Source: a virus
IMG/VR virus record: IMGVR_UViG_3300032298_001038
Span: 64,001-128,000 of that record
DNA: 64,000 nucleotides
Strand: one strand, 5' to 3'
Below are positions 1 through 6,853 of this stretch, piece after piece. The notes beneath the pieces were generated by a model. That model had not been told where the DNA came from. It was given only the letters and a program-made list of their open reading frames with translations, and did no database searches. Position 1 is the stretch's first letter; every line of letters starts with the position of its first letter. The position numbers and the translations under genes were made by a program.

Positions 1-98
1 ATCGAAGATATCACCGGCACTCCAATCCGAACCGCACTCCGGGCAATTTCCGTGGCTGTCGAGCGGGACTTCGGCGTAGGTGGTTTTGTCGTAGGCGT

Positions 99-344
99 TC
101 ATGCAGAAACTACCTCGTCGGGAAGGATTCGAAACTGGTCGTGGTAGGGTAAGATGCTGAGCGACCGGCCGTTATCCCAGCGCACGCTAATCTGGTGAAA
201 TTCGCGCGGGCCGTTGAGATTTACATACGTGATTGTGCCTTCCAATCCCACAGGCATGCCGTCTTCAACTGGCTTCCACGTGGAATTGTGGTTAGTCATG
301 GGCGCAGTTAACTTCACTCGCTGGCCGACTGTGTAGAGTTCCAT
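99..344 (-). CDS. small phage protein, DUF4314-like
   Basis: GQRVKL..M...P.G.EGTI..V...QISVRWDNGRSLSILP..DQFR pattern resembles DUF4314. Confidence 0.6.
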   Translation of the reverse strand: MELYTVGQRVKLTAPMTNHNSTWKPVEDGMPVGLEGTITYVNLNGPREFHQISVRWDNGRSLSILPYHDQFRILPDEVVSA

Positions 345-529
345 AATTTGCTTCCGGGTGAAACGTTGTAAAGTTCGCAGAACAGGGACGCCAAATCACC
401 CACGCTCATGCTGGCGTACTGAGACAGGTCTTCAGTGCGCGCGTGGTTGAGCGTGTTATCGCTGACTTGGATATCTAATTCCCGCATGGCCAGAAGTTCC
501 GCCAACAGGTCTTGGTTGCGTGGATTCAA
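314..529 (-). CDS. hypothetical protein (TTG start, MNPRNQDLL...)
   Basis: AGGAG RBS 5 nt upstream of TTG at 529; this is the 3' part of the listed 314..826 ORF. Confidence 0.5.
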   Translation of the reverse strand: MNPRNQDLLAELLAMRELDIQVSDNTLNHARTEDLSQYASMSVGDLASLFCELYNVSPGSKLWNSTQSASE

Positions 530-545
530 AACGGCTCCTGTTTTG

Positions 546-914
546 TTAATTGTTTTCGGCGCGGGATTGCAGAAACGACGAATAGACTTTCGCCGCTGCG
601 GCGAGTTCTTTTCCCATCGCTTTGACTTCGTCGAGGATGTCACACACTTCCTGCGCGTCGTCGTCTGAAAATTCTTCGATTTCGATCTTGGCTTTGACGA
701 GCCGGATGTGGGCGCGTGAGCGACGGATAGTCTCAAACTGAACGTCCATGTCGATTTTTTCAAGCGCCTCTGCAATAGCCTTGGCGATCGGATTGCTGTC
801 CTTGCTCTGCTCGACGAGAGATTCAATGTCTCGCTCGATCTGCCGAAGCCGAATCAGCCCTTCATCGATCAAATCCAAAATCTGTGTGCGCTCGTTATCG
901 GTGAATTGCATCAT
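546..914 (-). CDS. hypothetical helical/coiled-coil protein
   Basis: 122-aa ORF with GGAGG RBS. Confidence 0.7.
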   Translation of the reverse strand: MMQFTDNERTQILDLIDEGLIRLRQIERDIESLVEQSKDSNPIAKAIAEALEKIDMDVQFETIRRSRAHIRLVKAKIEIEEFSDDDAQEVCDILDEVKAMGKELAAAAKVYSSFLQSRAENN

Positions 915-935
915 GCAACCTCCTGAATAGATATG

Positions 936-976
936 AAAAAACCGGGGCGGGTAGATTGTTGCCTACCCGCCCCGGT
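936..976 (-). terminator. intrinsic terminator closing the GGY-NN array transcript
   Basis: perfect 14-bp inverted repeat ACCGGGGCGGGTAG/CTACCCGCCCCGGT (941-954, 963-976), followed by a T-run on the minus strand. Confidence 0.85.
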
Positions 977-984
977 CGCAGTTT

Positions 985-1703
985 GCCAATGCATGCCTCG
1001 CCGGAACAAGCCTCATCAGGCATCGCCCAGCCTGTCCAAGCCTGCCGCGGATAGCCGAACCACTCCCGGCCTCTCCTCGCCCTGCCTAACCCTGCCTGCC
1101 GAACCGAGCCTGACCCTGCCTCGCGGAGTCAAGCCCTGCCGTGCCTGCCGTGTCTATGCCTCTGCCCGCCGGTCCCGGCCACTCCCGGCCAAGCCCAGCC
1201 TCGCCTGCCGTGTCTATCCCGGCCGGGGCGCTCCCGGCCTTGCCATACCTCGCCTGCCGAGCCTATCTGGCCGCGTCGAGACGAGCCGTGCCTAACCATG
1301 CCTGCCATCCCGCGCCCGTCATACCGCGCCTTGCCACGCCTGTCCGAGCCTGCCGTGTCTAAGCGACACCGATCCTCACCAAAGCATGCCGTGCCTTGCT
1401 CTGCCTGCCTCGCCATGTCGCTGCTCGCGCGTCCACGCCGTGCCTTACCCAGCCTGCCGGTCCAAACCGAACCTTGGCTATCCACACCTCACCGCTCGTC
1501 GCCCCGCCTCGCCGTGCCATGCCTGCCCAGCCCTGTCAAGCCGAGCCATGCCTAGGCATGCCGAACCGAACCGCGTCCAGTCCAAGCCTGCCGCGTCGTG
1601 CCTAGCCGAACCTAGCGTTGCCCTACCAAGCCTGCCGTGTCTATGCAGTTGCAAGCCAATTCTTGCCCATCCCGGCCACGCCTAACCCAGCCTGCCGTGT
1701 CTA
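985..1703 (-). ncRNA. GGY-NN 5-nt periodic repeat array, putative guide-RNA array (VIPR-like)
   Basis: Minus strand reads (NN-GGY)n, e.g. TG GGT TA GGC GT GGC CG GGA TG GGC. It contains 13 GGCAGGC delimiters spaced 44-69 nt and 5 exact TAGACACGGCAGGC copies. It lies directly downstream of the Cas7-like operon and ends at a terminator. Confidence 0.8.
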
Positions 1704-1721
1704 AATGCTCAGGCTCGATGC

Positions 1722-2207
1722 TCAGGCTCGCGCCACGCGCCGATTGCGCCGGCGTGTGGCGTTGCGGGCTACACGATCCAAAGCAGCGAACACAGGCGTC
1801 AACTCGCGCAGCGATTCGTACTTGCGTCGAACTCGCTGCAACTCGTCAATCGCCTGCTGCAACAACTGTGCGCGCATTTCGGCACTGCTCATCACGTCGG
1901 TGAGTGCACGATAGCCACCACCGCCGCTTTTGCGATCCGAAACGAGCGACACGAACATCGGCATACGAACACTGCCGTTCGGCGTGTCGAGTACTTCGAT
2001 GTTCAACCGGATGATCTTCCTCGCCTGCTCCAATCGAAACTGGTGCGCGGCTTCGGTGTCATCCCATTCAAACTCTGCGTGGAGCGCAGTGTTTTCATCA
2101 CGAGCAAACTCCACAACCGCTTCGGGCGGAACGCGGCCGTCGTGCTCGTTGTAAATCTGCGTCAGTTCTTCCTTGATGGAAGAGATTGCTCTACGGCGTC
2201 TCGCCAT
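1722..2207 (-). CDS. conserved phage protein, partner of the Cas7-like gene
   Basis: PEAVVEFARDENTALHAEFEWDDTEAAHQFRLEQARKIIR matches a widespread phage family; GGAG RBS. Confidence 0.8.
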   Translation of the reverse strand: MARRRRAISSIKEELTQIYNEHDGRVPPEAVVEFARDENTALHAEFEWDDTEAAHQFRLEQARKIIRLNIEVLDTPNGSVRMPMFVSLVSDRKSGGGGYRALTDVMSSAEMRAQLLQQAIDELQRVRRKYESLRELTPVFAALDRVARNATRRRNRRVARA

Positions 2208-2224
2208 AAGAACTCCTTGTTAAA

Positions 2225-3028
2225 TCAACCCTTCACACACTCGAAATGACCCCAGCCCATACCGCACGAGTTGGGCGAGTCAGCGCGGCCTTCGCCGACG
2301 CCGACCTGCATCCCGGCACGCAGCATGAGGTTGGCGATGTCAGCCGGCGTAAACATGTCGGCGTCGAAGCGCACGCGAACCTTGGCCCGCCACGATTCAA
2401 ACATGGCGCGCACACGAATATCAGCGACGCCGGTCGCATTGCGCACCGTGTGCTCGACGTGCTTCGGCTTGGCGTCCACCAACTTGCCCTTGCCATCCGC
2501 GTACAGATGAATCAGCGGCGTACCCTCGACAGCATCGAAGCCGTCGGCCTCGACGAAGATGGCCTTCTTCGCCTTGGTCTTGTGATAACCCACGACCACG
2601 CAGGAGTCAACCAGCGCGTTTCGCAGGGCACTTGCCGGGATGCCACACCAACCCTTGGTCGAGCGGTGCTGGGCTTCCTTGAAGTTCGCCTCGAAGTCCT
2701 TGGCCTCGCGCTTCTTGCCCTTGGAAGCCGTGGAGCCGGCGGCCTGCTTCTCGCGCATCATCTCGCGTGCCTTCTTGCCGAACGCCAACTGCACGTACGG
2801 CGCCGTGCCGCGGATCACGATCTCCACAGTCTTGAAGTTGGGCGCGGTGATCGTCACGCCCAGCCTTTCGGCGACGGCGATATCGATCTTATTACTCGGG
2901 TCAAGGTGAGTTTCAACGATATCTTTTACGCGCTTACGAAACACGCCATCTTCAATCTTGGATGACTTGGATTGCGCGGTCTTAGTCTTGGTCGCCGTTT
3001 TCTTCGAACCCTTGAGCATCGTTGCCAT
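2225..3028 (-). CDS. stand-alone Cas7-like RAMP protein
   Basis: N-terminal strand VEIVIRGTAPY, IPASALRNAL motif, C-terminal G-rich loop AGMQVGVGEGR...GMGWGHFE. Confidence 0.8.
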   Translation of the reverse strand: MATMLKGSKKTATKTKTAQSKSSKIEDGVFRKRVKDIVETHLDPSNKIDIAVAERLGVTITAPNFKTVEIVIRGTAPYVQLAFGKKAREMMREKQAAGSTASKGKKREAKDFEANFKEAQHRSTKGWCGIPASALRNALVDSCVVVGYHKTKAKKAIFVEADGFDAVEGTPLIHLYADGKGKLVDAKPKHVEHTVRNATGVADIRVRAMFESWRAKVRVRFDADMFTPADIANLMLRAGMQVGVGEGRADSPNSCGMGWGHFECVKG

Positions 3029-3042
3029 GTCTATTCCTTGGT

Positions 3043-3077
3043 AAAAGAAAAACCCACGGCGAAAGTGCCGTGGGTTT
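3043..3077 (-). terminator. terminator-like hairpin just upstream of the Cas7-like RBS
   Basis: 11-bp stem AAACCCACGGC/GCCGTGGGTTT followed by TTCTTTT on the minus strand. Confidence 0.6.
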
Positions 3078-3248
3078 AAATAACAAAAGCGTGCCCCGGG
3101 AATTGCACCCGAGTGGTTTTGGTACTCTAGCCTGCCGTATAACCCCGACAGACAACCGCGTACAATTTTTGACGTCGGTTACGCCGACGTACGTACACGT
3201 ATCATAGAGTAGGTTATCCCAACCAGTTCGCTAGAACGCACGCATAAG

Positions 3249-3602
3249 TGGAGCCGGCGGGAATCGAACCCGCGTCCAGAAACGTTTCCAGTAAGAACGT
3301 CTACATGCGTAGCCAGTTATGTGTCACCAACTGGCAATGCTATCCGCACACTTAGCGGAGTCAGGCGGTTTACCGCCATCTCGCCCGATTACTTTGCCGG
3401 ACCGACGCAGGTGGCTTACCACCATCAACCTGATTGGGCAATGAGGCTCAGGTCGCCCCACTCGCGGTCCTGACTAGGTCAGGCAGCGAGGGCCGGAGCA
3501 GAAGCGCCGGTTAGAAACTTAATCGGCTTTTAACGTGGCCAACCGATCAACCACGGCATGCAATCCAAACCTTCTCCGTCCTGTCGATACCAGTACGGCC
3601 CC
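3249..3602 (-). ncRNA. ssrA: tmRNA
   Basis: 5' GGGGCCGTACTGGTATCGAC and 3' GGACGCGGGTTCGATTCCCGCCGGCTCCA tRNA-Ala-like ends; internal tag frame GASAPALAA*. Confidence 0.93.
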
Positions 3603-3604
3603 AA

Positions 3605-3678
3605 TAGCGCGGGTGGGATTCGAACCCACAACCTATTGATTTTGAGTCAATCGCCTCTGCCAGTTGGGCTACCACGCC
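3605..3678 (-). tRNA. tRNA-Leu(CAA), short variable loop
   Basis: ATTGA-CTCAAAA-TCAAT anticodon arm, GGTTCGAATCC T-arm, 74 nt, CCA not encoded. Confidence 0.88.
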
Positions 3679-3690
3679 AAACTATACCAC

Positions 3691-3763
3691 TGACCCCACG
3701 GGGATTCGAACCCCGGTAAACGGAACGAAAATCCGTTGTCCTAGGCCACTAGACGATGGGGCC
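3691..3763 (-). tRNA. tRNA-Glu(UUC)
   Basis: ACGGA-TTTTCGT-TCCGT anticodon arm, GGTTCGAATCC T-arm. Confidence 0.9.
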
Positions 3764-3817
3764 AAACGTATTAGAAAACCGACGCAAAACGTCGAGTTTC
3801 CAATACGAGTTGGGCAG

Positions 3818-4111
3818 TCACTTTTCGGACCAAAACATTTCAGCACGCGCGATAGCGGTTTTGATATTTTTGTGTCCGACCGGATTTGCTGAATGTACCA
3901 CGACTGTCAAGGGCGCCAATGTCTTTTTGTAAGCGGCCTCTTCAATAAATTTGGCAATATCGTAGCCGGTTTTTTCTTCGCCAAGGTCGTGATCGAGTGA
4001 CAGGTGCGTGATGCGGCCAATACGCAGCGCAGTGATTGCGGCGTCTGCGGTTTTTAGCCAGACGTCGAACTCGGGCGGCTTTGGTCGAACATCGTCTACC
4101 CAAACTTTCAT
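3818..4111 (-). CDS. cyclic-phosphate-processing receiver-domain (cREC) protein
   Basis: VWVDDVR...LSLDHDLG...TGYD...VHSANPVG motifs. Confidence 0.8.
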   Translation of the reverse strand: MKVWVDDVRPKPPEFDVWLKTADAAITALRIGRITHLSLDHDLGEEKTGYDIAKFIEEAAYKKTLAPLTVVVHSANPVGHKNIKTAIARAEMFWSEK

Positions 4112-4272
4112 TGTTTTTTCTTTCGTTTAGTCGCCTTGCGCGATGTTTTGCCTGTGTCGTGCGAATCCAAATCAGTCACGACGATATCAATGCGCCGGCG
4201 CAGCAAATCCAAATCGCGGCTGATTTTGCTCAGCATAGCGCGCATTTCACTCAGCGACAGTGGTGTCGACAT
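4108..4272 (-). CDS. hypothetical protein (MSTPLS...)
   Basis: ATG at 4272 with GGAGG-like RBS; ATGA overlap with the next gene. Confidence 0.55.
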   Translation of the reverse strand: MSTPLSLSEMRAMLSKISRDLDLLRRRIDIVVTDLDSHDTGKTSRKATKRKKKQ

Positions 4273-4693
4273 TTGGTTCCTCCTTGGCGCGCGACATCTG
4301 CGGGAAACCAGTTGCCGCAAGCCACGCAGCAACTTTGTCTGTATCTAACGCAAACTGGACGCCGACGATAAACCTGCCGCCAAGACCAACAATTTTAGCC
4401 GATGGCGGATCAAACTGCTCGTTAGCGATTGCGAGTAGTTCGCCGTGCTCAACGAGGTTTGGCCAATACTCGTTTTGTTCGGTTGTCCAGACGTGAGCAT
4501 CATCGACCACCAATGATGTAATCAGGTCGGTAAGGGAACCGACAGCCGGAGGGCGATCGAGCACGTCAGGCTGCGGGCCAATAAAGTTTCGTAGGTCGAC
4601 GTCATCCTGAAACGTCACGCGCTTGTCGGGATGCACGGTCAGCATCTTGGCGAACTTCTTGACCGTGTACTTGTACTTTTTCTCGTCAGTCAT
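4247..4693 (-). CDS. hypothetical protein (MTDEKKY...)
   Basis: ORF track, start trimmed to the ATG with a GAGG RBS. Confidence 0.65.
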   Translation of the reverse strand: MTDEKKYKYTVKKFAKMLTVHPDKRVTFQDDVDLRNFIGPQPDVLDRPPAVGSLTDLITSLVVDDAHVWTTEQNEYWPNLVEHGELLAIANEQFDPPSAKIVGLGGRFIVGVQFALDTDKVAAWLAATGFPQMSRAKEEPNVDTTVAE

Positions 4694-4700
4694 TGGGTCC

Positions 4701-4973
4701 TCATAGTCTTTCCAGCAAGCCGCGTAGTGCCGCTGCGATCTGCGCGCAATCCTCGTCATCGTCATTATCGGTGTAGGCGTCGCGGGCCTGCTCTAACGCC
4801 GCCCGCTCCTCGTCGGTGAGTGCGGCGTCCATCTGCACAATCACGTTGCCGTCGCAGACCGACAGCGTGGCGTCCTGATCGGCGAGGCGGCGGATGGCTT
4901 CGCGGTGCTTTTCTAATTCTGCCGCAAGAAGTTTATTTGCTGCGCGGAGATTTGTGAGTTCACAGTCCGTCAT
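4701..4973 (-). CDS. hypothetical protein
   Basis: ORF track, tiles with neighbours. Confidence 0.6.
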   Translation of the reverse strand: MTDCELTNLRAANKLLAAELEKHREAIRRLADQDATLSVCDGNVIVQMDAALTDEERAALEQARDAYTDNDDDEDCAQIAAALRGLLERL

Positions 4974-4975
4974 CG

Positions 4976-5182
4976 TTAACTCCTTGCGCCCATGATGTGG
5001 GCAACGTGGCCGTACATTCTACTCTTGCGCTGCGCGGCCTGCACCTCGTTTTCCATGTCTTGCAAGATTCGAAACAGGCGCTCTTGCGAATCTTCGGGCA
5101 GCAGGGCGATGTCATTCGCCAGTTTCTGGTTCTGCCCGCGCTGCCGTAGGAGCATACTCTGGATGTGCCGTAAAAAACTCAT
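4976..5182 (-). CDS. hypothetical protein
   Basis: ORF track, GGAG RBS. Confidence 0.55.
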   Translation of the reverse strand: MSFLRHIQSMLLRQRGQNQKLANDIALLPEDSQERLFRILQDMENEVQAAQRKSRMYGHVAHIMGARS

Positions 5183-5576
5183 CGTCTCTCCTTTTCCGCG
5201 ATTCGGCCAGCAGTGTCTGAATGTCTGCGTCTGAATAGACTACGCCGTCTATTTCAAACGAACCGTCGTCGACGCCATTGACGGTTTCAGGGATGTCGTA
5301 CGGCAAGTTGTCTACGTACGAGTCGTCGTGCTGGTGCACGTGTGCGCCGACTTCGACGGTGTTGGCGAATTCCATGATGCACAGCGCTTCCGGCGGCCAT
5401 TCGCCGAAACAGCCGCGAGCGCCGGGGAAGATTAAATCTACCGGCACGAGGCAATTCAAACCCTTCATGGTTTGCCAACGCCGTTTGATATCTTCAAACT
5501 GTCCGGGCGTGTACAACGCCCACCAGTATTGATAGCCGAACTCTTCCTCGATCCGAACCAGAATGTTTTTTTCCAT
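5112..5576 (-). CDS. hypothetical protein
   Basis: ORF track, AAGGAG RBS. Confidence 0.65.
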   Translation of the reverse strand: MEKNILVRIEEEFGYQYWWALYTPGQFEDIKRRWQTMKGLNCLVPVDLIFPGARGCFGEWPPEALCIMEFANTVEVGAHVHQHDDSYVDNLPYDIPETVNGVDDGSFEIDGVVYSDADIQTLLAESRKRRDDEFFTAHPEYAPTAARAEPETGE

Positions 5577-5589
5577 GTGGCTCCTTTAG

Positions 5590-5665
5590 TAGGGCGGGTT
5601 GGAGTCGAACCAACCTATGGGCACCTTATAAGAGTGCTGGATGCAACCGGCTTACCTTCCGCCCC
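5590..5665 (-). tRNA. tRNA-Ile(UAU)
   Basis: GCACT-CTTATAA-GGTGC anticodon arm, GGTTCGACTCC T-arm. Confidence 0.88.
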
Positions 5666-5709
5666 AAAAGCGGGCGCCGGGGAACTTGGGCGATTCGCCC
5701 GGCGCCCGC
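5666..5709 (-). terminator. GC-rich hairpin plus T-run directly 5' of tRNA-Ile (terminator or processing signal)
   Basis: 12-bp stem GCGGGCGCCGGG/CCCGGCGCCCGC. Confidence 0.45.
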
Positions 5710-5714
5710 CGTGA

Positions 5715-6098
5715 TCAGCGGTAACGCTTACAAGCGTACCACCGACCATTGCGACCGCAGGCTACGCCTTGGTCAACAACGCGCATGCCGCTATTCGAGT
5801 AGCAGCAGTTGTTAAGTGCCTGCTCGGGCGTCGCACCCATGCCAACGCCTTCGTAGCCAGAGTTGCCACCGAAATGCTGGACCACGCCGCGGCTGGCCAT
5901 CATCTCAGCAACACCCTGCGCAGACCCGGTGCCGCCAACAGCGTCGGACTGCGAGGTGTAGGCATAAACACGTTCCTGCGAAACTGGAGCCGTCGTGGCT
6001 GCCGGCGCAGAATACGTGTAGTTACGCCGCCAACGGGGAGCCGCCTCGACCGTGGACGCGGCGAGAACGACAAACAGACACATCAGAATGCGAACCAT
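5715..6098 (-). CDS. secreted small Cys-containing protein
   Basis: signal-peptide-like N-terminus; GYEGVG...ALNNCCY...GRWYACKRY pattern, which I recall from planctomycete proteins. Confidence 0.7.
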   Translation of the reverse strand: MVRILMCLFVVLAASTVEAAPRWRRNYTYSAPAATTAPVSQERVYAYTSQSDAVGGTGSAQGVAEMMASRGVVQHFGGNSGYEGVGMGATPEQALNNCCYSNSGMRVVDQGVACGRNGRWYACKRYR

Positions 6099-6167
6099 AA
6101 ATCCTCCGTGATTGTGCCGGTGGTGTGCCCGGCTAACGAGAATCCAAACCCCACACCGGGCAAAAAA

Positions 6168-6464
6168 CTAGCGACCGACAGGCTTGGTGAACTTGGTGAG
6201 TTCCTTCACCCTGTCACCGTTCTCGACGTAAAGCCACGTCTTGGGTCGCGGATCGTCGGGCTGATTAAACGCACGGAACTCGTCGAGGTTGTAGCAGTAC
6301 GCCGCAGCCTCGAACGGGCCGTTATCGACTACACACACGACGGCGCCCATGTCCTCCTTGATGAAGAACTCAGCCTCGTCGCGGGTGATTTCGATAGCGT
6401 CCAAGTTTTGCTTGAGCGCCGCAGCCTTGTTCTTGGGCTGCTGCGTTTCGATGTAATAACCCAT
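6168..6464 (-). CDS. hypothetical phage protein (MGYYIET...)
   Basis: start trimmed so it does not overlap tRNA-Val. Confidence 0.7.
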   Translation of the reverse strand: MGYYIETQQPKNKAAALKQNLDAIEITRDEAEFFIKEDMGAVVCVVDNGPFEAAAYCYNLDEFRAFNQPDDPRPKTWLYVENGDRVKELTKFTKPVGR

Positions 6465-6490
6465 CTGGTTCCTTTCGTTAAAAGGTCCAA

Positions 6491-6564
6491 TAGGCGCAGA
6501 GGGATTCGAACCCCCGACCTTCGGTATGTAAAACCGACGCACTAACCAACTGTGCTATGCGCCT
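6491..6564 (-). tRNA. tRNA-Val(UAC)
   Basis: TCGGT-TTTACAT-ACCGA anticodon arm, GGTTCGAATCC T-arm. Confidence 0.9.
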
Positions 6565-6572
6565 ACGCGAGA

Positions 6573-6833
6573 TCAGAGGTCTTCGGCCGTCTCGCGGACG
6601 TCCTTGTCGCCATCATCGGCGTACATCGCGAACATGCTGTCTTCGCGGTAGTACGAGATCAGATCGCAGACCTTGTCGTCAAGATCAGCCACGAGATCGC
6701 CGAGATCGTCGGGCATATCTCCGCCCAGAACCTCGCCCGTCTCCGGGTCGATGTTCATGCCTTCAGCGTCGAACACGTTCTTCTTGACATTGTCCCACGC
6801 AGTAACCAGCAGTTCAATTTCAAGCGGCAGCAT
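6573..6833 (-). CDS. acidic hypothetical protein
   Basis: ORF track, AGGAG RBS. Confidence 0.65.
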   Translation of the reverse strand: MLPLEIELLVTAWDNVKKNVFDAEGMNIDPETGEVLGGDMPDDLGDLVADLDDKVCDLISYYREDSMFAMYADDGDKDVRETAEDL

Positions 6834-6853
6834 TGTGCGCTCCTGTACGGGTG

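Noticed and set aside
985-1703. Calling the array a canonical CRISPR array
   Set aside because: There are no 23-47-nt identical repeats separated by unique spacers. Variability is interleaved every 5 nt, and there is no cas1/cas2.
985-1703. Simple microsatellite or replication origin iterons
   Set aside because: The dinucleotides vary from unit to unit while the register is kept, and the block is bounded by a gene and a terminator. Not fully excluded without expression data.
933-1903. Several overlapping ORFs (933..1295, 1129..1485, 1298..1555, 1386..1685 and others) across the repeat array
   Set aside because: They are low-complexity Pro/Arg/Ala/Cys translations produced by the 5-nt periodicity. 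A period of 5 is incompatible with codon structure, and there are no RBSs.
3086-3135. tRNA-Trp (TAGAGTA-CCAAAACC...GGTGCAATTCC)
   Set aside because: There is no complete anticodon stem or acceptor pairing. At most a relic; kept only as part of the leader finding.
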